NCBI GenBank assembly: GCA_031395155.1
Contig: JANNUK010000352.1
Span: 1-33,801, forward strand
Direction of reading: 5' to 3'
Source: Chloroflexota bacterium
GTDB lineage: Bacteria > Chloroflexota > Limnocylindria > Limnocylindrales > CSP1-4
DNA: 33,801 nt
Every line of letters begins with the position of its first letter. Position 1 is the first letter of the stretch. A program made the position numbers and the translations under genes. Positions 9,310 to 16,929 of the stretch are shown in pieces. The notes under the pieces are model-generated. The model made no database searches and was not told where the DNA came from. It worked only from the letters and a program-made list of their open reading frames with translations.

Positions 9310-10338
9310 GTGTCCGACATCGTGCGCTTCGGCGTCGTCGGGTCCGGTTTCATGGGTCAGACCTGGGCCCGGGTCATCGACGGCCACGTCCCCGATGCGC
9401 AGCTCGTCGCGGTGGGGGGCGGACGCGGTGCCGCCGACCTGGCGCGCCGGTATGGGGTGGACGCCCTCGACCCGGTCTCGCTGTTCGATCGCGACGACGT
9501 CGACGCCGTCGTGATCGCCACGCCGGTGCCGACCCATCGTCCGCTGGCGGAAGCGGCCGCTCGTGCTGGGAAACACGTCATGGTCGAGAAGCCGATGACG
9601 AATACGCGGGCCGATGCAGACGCTATGGTGGCGACCGCCGACGCGGCCGGGGTCCGTCTGGCCGTGGTCTCCCAGCATCGGTTCCGGGGCGCGCCCATGG
9701 CCGCCAGGGAGGTCATCGCTGCCGGCCGGATCGGATCGATCCGGATGATCCGGGTCTTTGGTCCCAATGCGGGCTGGGACATCCCGGCGGATTCGTGGAA
9801 CTCCGATCGTGCCCAGGTCTCGCCGTACATGGACTGGGGGGCCCACGCCTGCGATATCGTTCGCTGGTTGACCGATGCGGAAGCCACCCTGGCCTTCGCC
9901 CAGTTCGCGAGCTACACGGACGTGCCGCCGGGCGACCAGAGCTCGATGGCCCACTACACCCTTGCGAGCGGGGCGATGGTCCAGATCTGGCTGACCTACG
10001 AGCTGCCGGAACCGACCATGGGTTCGGCGATGCAGTTGGTCGTCACGGGCTCGCAGGGGATCATCGAGTTGGACTCGTACGGTACCGTCAGGCTCGGCAC
10101 GCCCGGCGATGGATGGGAGACTGTGTACCAACAGCACCCGTTCGATCCGCTCGATCCCGACGATCCGATCCGGCTCAAGGCGTATGCCTTGCAGCTGCGC
10201 GACCTGATCGGCGCCATCCACGACGACCGGGACCCGTTCGTCAGTGGACGCGAGGGAGCCCTGACCACCTCCATGCTGGAAGCCGCCGAGCGATCCGCAG
10301 CCAGCGGACAGTCCGTTCGCCTGCCGTTGGAGGATTGA
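9310..10338 (+). CDS. Gfo/Idh/MocA family oxidoreductase (paralog 3, close to 1272..2303)
   Basis: From ORF 8917..10338. A GTG at 9310 lies 2 nt after the FAH stop and gives VSDIVRFGVVGSGFMGQTW, HVMVEKPMT and GVRLAVVSQHRFR. It shares long identical runs with the 1272..2303 product. Confidence 0.85.
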   Translation: MSDIVRFGVVGSGFMGQTWARVIDGHVPDAQLVAVGGGRGAADLARRYGVDALDPVSLFDRDDVDAVVIATPVPTHRPLAEAAARAGKHVMVEKPMTNTRADADAMVATADAAGVRLAVVSQHRFRGAPMAAREVIAAGRIGSIRMIRVFGPNAGWDIPADSWNSDRAQVSPYMDWGAHACDIVRWLTDAEATLAFAQFASYTDVPPGDQSSMAHYTLASGAMVQIWLTYELPEPTMGSAMQLVVTGSQGIIELDSYGTVRLGTPGDGWETVYQQHPFDPLDPDDPIRLKAYALQLRDLIGAIHDDRDPFVSGREGALTTSMLEAAERSAASGQSVRLPLED

Positions 10339-10342
10339 GGTC

Positions 10343-11182
10343 GTGCGCCCCAACCGGCTCCGCCAGCTGCTCTCGGACGGACGACCGTCGATCGGGACGC
10401 ACCTGCACTCGTCCTGGCCGTCGGTCGTCGAGGTGGTGGGTCATACGCGACGATTCGACTACGTCGAGTTCTCCGGTGAGTACGCGCCCTACGATCTGCA
10501 CGGGCTCGACAACTTCTGTCGCGCGGCCGAGCTGCTCGGCCTCGGCGCGATGATCAAGCTCGACCAGGAACCACGGACGTGGCTCGCGCAGCGGGCCATC
10601 GGCGCCGGCTTCCAGTCGGTCGTGTTCGCCGACATCCGGACGGCCGACGATGCCCGCGCCTGCGTCCGGGCCGTGCGCCCCGATACGCCGCACGGCCTCG
10701 GGACGTACGGCGCGGCAGATCGTCGGAACTCCTACTGGGGACAGGCGGCGTCAGCCGACTACGTTCGAGCGCTCAAGGAGATCGTGGTCGTCCTGATGAT
10801 CGAGAAACGCTCTGCCGTGGAGCAGCTGGACGAGATCCTGGCCGTGCCCGGCGTCGACATGATCCAGTGGGGTCCGGCCGACTACGCCATGAGCATCGGG
10901 CGGCCCGGCGGCTGGTTCGACGATGACGTCAAGGCGGTGGAGCGCGACGTTCTGGTCCGTTGCCTCAACGCGGGCATTCCGGCCCGGGCCGAGATCACGG
11001 ATCCCGCCGAGGCGGGCGCCTACATGGACCTGGGGGTCCGCCACTTCTGCATCGGCACGGATCTCAACATCCTGTACTCATGGCTCGACGAGCGGGGCGG
11101 CGCACTGGCCGAGCTGCTGCACACGGACGACCCGCCATCGACGTCCGATCGAGGAGGCGCTGATGTTCACGAACCTGCGTGA
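10343..11182 (+). CDS. HpcH/HpaI family (class II, 2-keto-3-deoxy-acid) aldolase
   Basis: The GTG at 10343 is preceded by GGAGGATTGAGG. MRPNRLRQLLSDGRPSIGTHLHSSWPSVVEVVGHTRRFDYVEFSGEY...MIKLDQ...LMIEK...VDMIQWGPADY matches the HpcH/HpaI aldolase/citrate-lyase-beta fold pattern. Confidence 0.8.
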   Translation: MRPNRLRQLLSDGRPSIGTHLHSSWPSVVEVVGHTRRFDYVEFSGEYAPYDLHGLDNFCRAAELLGLGAMIKLDQEPRTWLAQRAIGAGFQSVVFADIRTADDARACVRAVRPDTPHGLGTYGAADRRNSYWGQAASADYVRALKEIVVVLMIEKRSAVEQLDEILAVPGVDMIQWGPADYAMSIGRPGGWFDDDVKAVERDVLVRCLNAGIPARAEITDPAEAGAYMDLGVRHFCIGTDLNILYSWLDERGGALAELLHTDDPPSTSDRGGADVHEPA

Positions 11183-11720
11183 TGCCACCCGTGAAGACTG
11201 GGACCGGATCGATGCGCTTGATGAGGCGCGCACGGACCATGCGGCGGCGCCGCTGGCCCTGCTCGAATCCCTGCGCGGCGGCGACCCAGCCGGCTACACG
11301 CTCAACCCCTATGACCACAGCCGCCAGGCGGCGACCCGCGCCCTTCGGGCGGGCGAGTCGGCCGAGATGATCGTGTGCGTCTTGCTGCATGACATGGCCG
11401 ACCGGCTCGCCCCGGTCAACCACGGACAGATCGCCGCCGAGCTGCTGCGGCCGTTCGTGTCCGACGATCACCACTGGATGGTCCGGATGCACGGGCTGTT
11501 CCAGAAGGAGAACTTCACGAACCACGGGTACTGGGGCAGCGGCGTGCTGGAACCTCTACTCGAAGCGCAGCGCGACCACCCGGCATTCGATCTGACCCGC
11601 CGCTTCTGCCGGGACTACGACGCCCCGTCGTTCGATCCGGCCTACGACGCCCTCCCCGTCGAGGCGTTCATGCCCCAGATCCGCGAGGTGTTCGACCGAC
11701 CGTACTCGTTCCAGGCCTGA
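11163..11720 (+). CDS. HD-domain protein (about 185 aa), possibly a PhnZ/MIOX-like metal-dependent enzyme
   Basis: From ORF 10923..11720. The ATG at 11163 is preceded by GAGGAGG and overlaps the HpcH 3' end by 20 nt. It carries an H...HD...H...HH...H ligand-like pattern (YDHSRQAA, VLLHDMADR, VNHGQI, DDHHWMVRMHG). Family assignment beyond the HD superfamily is inference. Confidence 0.6.
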   Translation: MFTNLRDATREDWDRIDALDEARTDHAAAPLALLESLRGGDPAGYTLNPYDHSRQAATRALRAGESAEMIVCVLLHDMADRLAPVNHGQIAAELLRPFVSDDHHWMVRMHGLFQKENFTNHGYWGSGVLEPLLEAQRDHPAFDLTRRFCRDYDAPSFDPAYDALPVEAFMPQIREVFDRPYSFQA

Positions 11721-11721
11721 C

Positions 11722-11739
11722 CGCCGTCCGGGGACGGCG
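11722..11739. terminator. GC-rich hairpin between convergent genes (candidate bidirectional terminator)
   Basis: CGCCGTCC-GG-GGACGGCG has perfect 8-nt arms; the inner pair must open to form a loop. It sits in the 33-nt gap between the HD-domain gene stop (11720) and the BNR gene stop (11754). There is no U-tract, as is common in high-GC genomes. Confidence 0.45.
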
Positions 11740-11753
11740 CGTCCGGCGGGCGA

Positions 11754-12851
11754 TCACGGCGCGATGCGCATCCAGCGGATGTTCTTGATGCAGTTCTCTT
11801 CGCACCAGAAGACGAGGAAGACCCGGCCGTCCGGCTCCAGGACCATCTGCGGGAAGCCGAACTTCAGCTGGGCCAGCTCGGCGCCCGGGTTGCTTGCCCC
11901 GGACATTCCCGACGACTGACCGCGCCACAGCGCGACTGTTTCGAGGTTGACCCAGCGGTCGCCCTCGAGCCGCGCGGTCGTCGCCCACAGGCCGGGCTCG
12001 TCGTTGCGCCGGTAGACCGCCAGGATTCGCCCATCCGGCAATTCGACCATCTTCGTGGTCTGGGCGAGGAACCCGGTCAGGCCGTGGACGTCGAAGGACC
12101 GGCCGTCGCGCCCGATGGCGTACGGGGTGGGCTGGGTCAGGTTGGTGTTGAGGTCGACCGCCCAGGCCACGGCCAACCAGCGCCCGTCTCGGAGCTCCAG
12201 GAATGACTGCTCCCAGTGCAGGACGTTCTCCGCCCAGCGGTCGAAGTCGACGATAGAGGACGGCCACGTCCGTCCCTCATCCTCCGAGACAAGGAGGATC
12301 CCATTCATCCCGTTCGGGGCGTCACCATCCCAGCCCATCCAGGTGGACGTCGGCCAGACCAATCGGCCGTCGCGAAGGGTCACAATCGCGTGGCAAACCT
12401 CGAACGCGGGGCCCACCAGCGGCGGATCGATCCGCCTGGGCTCACTCCAGCTGTGGCCGCGATCCTGGCTGCGCAGCAGGAGCAGTTCCATCTCCGTGTA
12501 ACCGAGCGTCGGCACGTTCAGCACGCTCTTGTCGGGATCGTCGCGATACATCAGCGCACCCAACGCCACGACCGAGCCGTCAGCGACGCGGCTCGTCCTG
12601 ACCGAGTGCGTTGTGGGTCGTCCGGGCGGATCGGCGAGTACGCGCGTCGGTGCGGACCACGTAGCGCCACCGTCGGTGGAGTGGCTGGCGTGCGTGCGGT
12701 AGTCGAGGGCGACGTCCGCCTCGGCGATGTCGAACGTCACGAGGAGCTCGCCGTCCTCGAAGCGCACGATCGTCGGGTGCCACGTGTGGCGGGAGCGCAG
12801 CTCGGGGCGAGGATTCCGGTAGACGAGGCCGGTCTCGAGGACATCGATCAT
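11754..12851 (-). CDS. BNR/Asp-box repeat, sialidase-like (GH33-like) beta-propeller protein, no signal peptide
   Basis: From ORF 11754..12950, using the ATG at 12851 (MIDVLETGLVYRNP...). It has three Asp-box motifs of the SxDxGxTW type: SHSTDGGATWS, SQDRGHSWS and SEDEGRTWP. No hydrophobic N-terminus is present, so it is predicted cytoplasmic. Confidence 0.8.
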   Translation of the reverse strand: MIDVLETGLVYRNPRPELRSRHTWHPTIVRFEDGELLVTFDIAEADVALDYRTHASHSTDGGATWSAPTRVLADPPGRPTTHSVRTSRVADGSVVALGALMYRDDPDKSVLNVPTLGYTEMELLLLRSQDRGHSWSEPRRIDPPLVGPAFEVCHAIVTLRDGRLVWPTSTWMGWDGDAPNGMNGILLVSEDEGRTWPSSIVDFDRWAENVLHWEQSFLELRDGRWLAVAWAVDLNTNLTQPTPYAIGRDGRSFDVHGLTGFLAQTTKMVELPDGRILAVYRRNDEPGLWATTARLEGDRWVNLETVALWRGQSSGMSGASNPGAELAQLKFGFPQMVLEPDGRVFLVFWCEENCIKNIRWMRIAP

Positions 12852-12933
12852 CGGGCGGTCCTTGCAGGGTGGGAGAGGGAGGCAAGTGACATCATGCTTG
12901 AGTCCAGGTACCTGCGTGCAGTGTCCGTGTATC

Positions 12934-13890
12934 TCAGGATCGGTTCTCATCGGGCGCGGCGAGGACCACGAGGTTCTCCGAGCGCCCGACGCGCGCCCCG
13001 CGTCGGGCGAGCACCACGACCCCGGCCGCCGACGCGGTCACCTCGGCTCGGACGCCGGTGAGGGGATCGGTCACCACCGCCACGACCTGACCCGGCGCGA
13101 CCGAATCGAGCGGGCGGACGGCGGTCTCGCACACGCCGTCGAACGGCGCGACCATCGCCGGCTGGTCGAGATCGCCCTCGCCCACGAGGCGCAGCGGAGG
13201 AGCGGCCTGGGTCGATTCTCCGGCATCGAGCGCGTCCAGCAAGACCAGGGCCCGGCGGATTCCCGCGACATAGGCGTCGACGTGCGCCGGCATGACGGTC
13301 CCGCCACCGGCGGCCTCGGCATAGATGGACGGGATCCCTGCGGCGTGTGCTGCCGCCAGGGTTCGCCCGGCGGGTACGGGCCCGGGGTGTCGCCACAGCA
13401 CCGGCGCCGCGAAAGCCGCAGCCAGCTTGCCGCTGACGACACACGTCGCGCAGCCATCATCGGTCCAGCCGACCAGCAACGGCATTGCGTAGGCCGTTCC
13501 CGCGCTGTGCAGATCGACGAACACGTCCGAACCATTGATGACGTGCTGCAGCAGCGCATCGGCCAGGCGCTCGGTCGGACTGCCGGCCGGATCGCCTGGG
13601 AACGTGCGGGCGAGGTTCATCCCGTCGACCGGCGAGGACCTCGAGCTGGCGACGTGGGCGGCTTCGTGCGCGACAGGCACGAGGCGAAGGCGGCCGCGCA
13701 GAGCCGTGTCGGCCAGCTCCTCGGCCAACCGAAGGCAGGCGACGACGCCCTCGAACTCGTCGCCGTGGACCCCACCGACCACGGACACGGTCGGCCCGTC
13801 CGATCCGCCGACGAGCTCCACGATCGTGAAGCCCTCGTCCGGCCGCCCTTGAAGCCCGATCCGTCGCCGCTCCACCGTCTGCATGTCCAT
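12934..13890 (-). CDS. Succinylglutamate desuccinylase/aspartoacylase (AstE/AspA) family zinc deacylase
   Basis: 318-aa ORF. VVGGVHGDEFEG (Zn-binding HxxE), NLARTFPG and FVDLHSAG are the family signatures. The start is ATG 13890 or 13884, and neither has a visible Shine-Dalgarno. Confidence 0.8.
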   Translation of the reverse strand: MDMQTVERRRIGLQGRPDEGFTIVELVGGSDGPTVSVVGGVHGDEFEGVVACLRLAEELADTALRGRLRLVPVAHEAAHVASSRSSPVDGMNLARTFPGDPAGSPTERLADALLQHVINGSDVFVDLHSAGTAYAMPLLVGWTDDGCATCVVSGKLAAAFAAPVLWRHPGPVPAGRTLAAAHAAGIPSIYAEAAGGGTVMPAHVDAYVAGIRRALVLLDALDAGESTQAAPPLRLVGEGDLDQPAMVAPFDGVCETAVRPLDSVAPGQVVAVVTDPLTGVRAEVTASAAGVVVLARRGARVGRSENLVVLAAPDENRS

Positions 13891-13927
13891 GAGCGTAGTC
13901 GAGATCGACCCGCTTGACCGGATGGAT

Positions 13928-13947
13928 GTCTATTGTCGACAATCCAT
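13928..13947. promoter_or_regulatory. Operator-like palindrome, copy a (GTCTATTGTCGACAATCCAT)
   Basis: The 12-bp perfect palindrome ATTGTCGACAAT is at 13932-13943. It lies in the divergent intergenic region, and its centre is about 47 nt from both the AstE-like ATG (13890) and the Mo-subunit ATG (13985). Confidence 0.7.
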
Positions 13948-13984
13948 CGACGGCCCGTGCGCGGCCGTAGTGCAGGAGGACGCG

Positions 13985-16309
13985 ATGATCATGGGTCCAC
14001 GAGGCGCGCTGGGGGAGCTCGGGGTCGCCCGACCGCGGACTGACTCGGAGGAGAAGGTTCGAGGCGCCACGCGCTACGCCGCGGACCTGCCCGTCAAGGG
14101 CCTGTTGCACGCGCGGATCGTCCCGAGCCTCTACGCGCATGCTCGCATCCTGGGCATCGATGCCTCGGCCGCCCTGGAGGTACCCGGGGTCGTCGCCGTC
14201 CTGACCGCGGCCGATCTGCCGATCGTCGGCGCTGACGACATGCGGATGTTCGAGCCACTGGCTCGAAGCGAGGCGTTGTTCGCCGGACAGCCGGTGGCGC
14301 TCGTCGTGGCCGAAACGGATGCGGCGGCCGCGGACGCTGCGCAACTCGTGCTGGTCAAGGTCGAGCGGCTGCCGGCGGTGCTCGACCTTGCGGCGGCGAC
14401 CCATGTCGACAGCCCACTGGCACGCCTCGCGCCACTCGTTCCCGACGACGATGCCGAGGGTGGCTCCGCCAAGGCCGCGCATGCGGCCGTCGGAGGCGTG
14501 GGCGTCGAGCTCGACGACGAGGTCCTCTCGGCCAACGTCTTCAACCGGAAGCGCTACGTGCAGGGCGAAACCGCCGCCGCGCTGGCCGCCTCCGAGGCGA
14601 CGGTCGAGGCGACGTTCAACACCAGTTGGGTCTACCAGGGCTACATCGAGCCACACGCCGCGACCGCCTGGCTGGAGCCGGACGGGACCCTGACCGTGGC
14701 CACGGCGACGCAGGGAACGTTCTACGTCCGCAAGCAGCTCGCCCGGATCTTTGGCCGGCGGCTATCCACGATCCGTGTCCAGGCCACGCCGCTCGGAGGG
14801 TCATTCGGGTCGAAGATCCTGGTCGTCGACCCGCTCGTCGCGGGAGCCGCCCTCGTCCTTCGGCGCCCGGTCCGGCTCGTGTTGGACCGCCGCGAGGACA
14901 TCGCCGCAACGAATCCGGCGCCCGGATCGCTGATGGAGCTGCGCATCGGCGCTCGAGCCGACGGCACCCTGACCGGACTCGACGCCCGCCTCACGTTCGA
15001 CGCCGGGGCATACCGTGAATGGTCGATCGAGGGGATCGCCGCCGTACTCATCGGCGGACCATATCGCTGGGAGGCCTTCGATGTCCGGGCCTACGGCGTC
15101 CGAACGAATCGATTCGGGACCGGTTCGTATCGTGGACCCGGCGGGCCCCAGGCGGCATTTGCCATCGAGTCGCTGATCGACGAGCTGGCACAGCGGCTCG
15201 GCATCGACCCGATCGATTTTCGCCTGCGGAACCTGGCCGCGGATGGCGACACGATGGTCGACGGAGCGCCCTGGCCGGGACTGGGCCATCGGCAGGTCCT
15301 CGAGGCGGCGGCGGCACACCCCACCTGGATTGACCGGGCGACGTTGCCGCCCGGCGAGGGTGTCGCGCTGGCCCTCGGCGTGTGGCCGGGCGGCAAGGAG
15401 CCGGCGGCGGCGCTCTGCCGCCTGGATGCGGATGGGACGCTGACCGTCGTGACCGGTGTCGTCGACATGAGTGGGACGACATCGGTCTTCGCGCTGATCG
15501 CCGCCGAGACGTTCGGCGTGCCGGTCGATTCCGTGGACGTGGTGAGTCTCGACACCGACGGCGCGCCGCAATCGCCCATGAGCGGCGGCAGCGTGATCAC
15601 GTATTCGGCTGGACGGGCGATCCGCGAGGCCGCCGCCGACGCCCGACGGCAATTGCTCGCCTACGCCGCGCTCGACATGGAGATCGACCCGGTCGACCTG
15701 GAGATCGTGGATGGCGTGGTCCGGCCGGTCGGCTCACCCGATCGTGGACGGACGATCACCGACCTCGCAAGCGAGCTGCACGACTTCGGCAGTGGCCACC
15801 CCCCGGTGGAAGGGCACGCCTCGACGGTCCAGACCAGCCTGGCCCCATCGACGGCCGCGCACATTGCCCACGTTGCTCTCGATCGGGAGAGTGGCAAGGT
15901 GACCGTGCTCGGCTACGTCGTTGCCCAGGACGTCGGTCGAGCCCTCAATCCGGCCCTCGTGGAGGGCCAGATGCGCGGCGCGGCGGCACAGGGGATCGGC
16001 TGGGCCCTGTACGAGGCGCTGGTCCACGATGCGGAGGGCCAGCTCGTCAGCGGATCCTTCCTCGACTATGCGTTGCCCCGAGCGGCACACATCCCCCCGA
16101 TCGACACGATCATCGTGGAGGTCCCGGCGCCGGACGGCCCGTTTGGTGCAAAGGGGATCGGCGAGGCGCCGGTCATCCCGGCGGCGGCCGCCATCGCCTC
16201 GGCGATCTTCGCTGCGGGCGGGCCACGGCTCCGAAGCCTCCCGATGACCGGGCGTCTCGTCTGGGCCGGGCTTCAGGAGGTCGCCGCAGGAGCGCCGGGA
16301 ACCGGATGA
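13985..16309 (+). CDS. Xanthine dehydrogenase/aldehyde oxidase/CO-dehydrogenase family molybdopterin-binding large subunit
   Basis: From ORF 13883..16309. The ATG at 13985 is preceded by AGGAGG. The N-terminus RPRTDSEEKVRGATRYAADLPVKGLLHARIVPS..HARI is the a/b-hammerhead. About 774 aa with typical C-terminal GAKGIGEAPVIPAAAAIASAI. The polypeptide contains no 2Fe-2S or FAD domain. Confidence 0.85.
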   Translation: MIMGPRGALGELGVARPRTDSEEKVRGATRYAADLPVKGLLHARIVPSLYAHARILGIDASAALEVPGVVAVLTAADLPIVGADDMRMFEPLARSEALFAGQPVALVVAETDAAAADAAQLVLVKVERLPAVLDLAAATHVDSPLARLAPLVPDDDAEGGSAKAAHAAVGGVGVELDDEVLSANVFNRKRYVQGETAAALAASEATVEATFNTSWVYQGYIEPHAATAWLEPDGTLTVATATQGTFYVRKQLARIFGRRLSTIRVQATPLGGSFGSKILVVDPLVAGAALVLRRPVRLVLDRREDIAATNPAPGSLMELRIGARADGTLTGLDARLTFDAGAYREWSIEGIAAVLIGGPYRWEAFDVRAYGVRTNRFGTGSYRGPGGPQAAFAIESLIDELAQRLGIDPIDFRLRNLAADGDTMVDGAPWPGLGHRQVLEAAAAHPTWIDRATLPPGEGVALALGVWPGGKEPAAALCRLDADGTLTVVTGVVDMSGTTSVFALIAAETFGVPVDSVDVVSLDTDGAPQSPMSGGSVITYSAGRAIREAAADARRQLLAYAALDMEIDPVDLEIVDGVVRPVGSPDRGRTITDLASELHDFGSGHPPVEGHASTVQTSLAPSTAAHIAHVALDRESGKVTVLGYVVAQDVGRALNPALVEGQMRGAAAQGIGWALYEALVHDAEGQLVSGSFLDYALPRAAHIPPIDTIIVEVPAPDGPFGAKGIGEAPVIPAAAAIASAIFAAGGPRLRSLPMTGRLVWAGLQEVAAGAPGTG

Positions 16310-16929
16310 CCGCCACGACACATCCGGGCGCCGTGATCCATTGCTGGGATCACCTCGTGATCACGCTTCGCGATGACCCTGGCGGGGAGACCGCCTTCCT
16401 GAGCCTCTACGCGATCGCCTACTCGGCATCCCTGGGCGCCGGTCACGTGGCCTTCGCCGAGATCCGATCCTCCCCTGTCGGACGATGGAGCGCGACGCTG
16501 ACCGACGACCTCGAGCTCGGTCGACGTCAGCAGGATCGACTTGCGGCCATGGGCGACGAGCGAATGCGACGGAGCGGCCCGCCACGGTTGGCGCGGTTTG
16601 AGCGTGAGCCGTACGGTCCCGACGGTTTCGGCTTCCGGATCGAGACGGCCGACCAGCAGATCCACGCACGCTGGGACCACCCGGACGCGCCGTTCTGGGT
16701 CGATGGCCAGGGGGGCGGCCTCAGCGACGACGAGGACATCTGGGCGATGTTCGTCGGCGCGCGCCAGGCGACCTTGACCCTCAACGGCGCGGCCGTTGAG
16801 GGTTCCCCGTTCGACGACGACGTGTGGGTCCCCAAACTCGGCCGCCCGTTCAGTTCCGCGCACGGCGCCTTCGCCGAGGTCCGGGTCGTGCCGGTCAGTG
16901 GTCGTGCCAGAGGAACTGCTCCGGGGTGA
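16306..16929 (+). CDS. Hypothetical protein (207 aa), translationally coupled to the Mo subunit
   Basis: The in-frame ATG at 16306 overlaps the upstream TGA (ATGA at 16306-16309). The composition is protein-like (W, F, Y and D-rich: ...VIHCWDHLVITLRDDPGGETAFLSLYAIAYS...HARWDHPDAPFWVDGQGG...DDDVWVPKLGRPF...), whereas the antisense ORF 16273..16863 is R/G/A-rich. I recognise no family. It has a single Cys, so it is not a CoxS-type ferredoxin. Confidence 0.5.
   Translation: MTATTHPGAVIHCWDHLVITLRDDPGGETAFLSLYAIAYSASLGAGHVAFAEIRSSPVGRWSATLTDDLELGRRQQDRLAAMGDERMRRSGPPRLARFEREPYGPDGFGFRIETADQQIHARWDHPDAPFWVDGQGGGLSDDEDIWAMFVGARQATLTLNGAAVEGSPFDDDVWVPKLGRPFSSAHGAFAEVRVVPVSGRARGTAPG

Noticed and set aside
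13891-13984. A Moco riboswitch upstream of the molybdopterin-subunit gene.
   Set aside because: The whole intergenic region is 94 nt and is largely occupied by the palindromic operator and the RBS. That is too short for the ~130-nt Moco motif, and I see none of its conserved stems.
14404-14411. Extra TGTCGACA cores (14404-14411 inside the Mo-subunit gene; GGTCGACAGT at 20512; AATGTCGACGG at about 19366) as additional operators.
   Set aside because: Only the 8-bp core or a half-site matches, and the conserved ATT...AATC flanks are missing. The first is inside coding sequence. The latter two are mentioned only as possible auxiliary half-sites.
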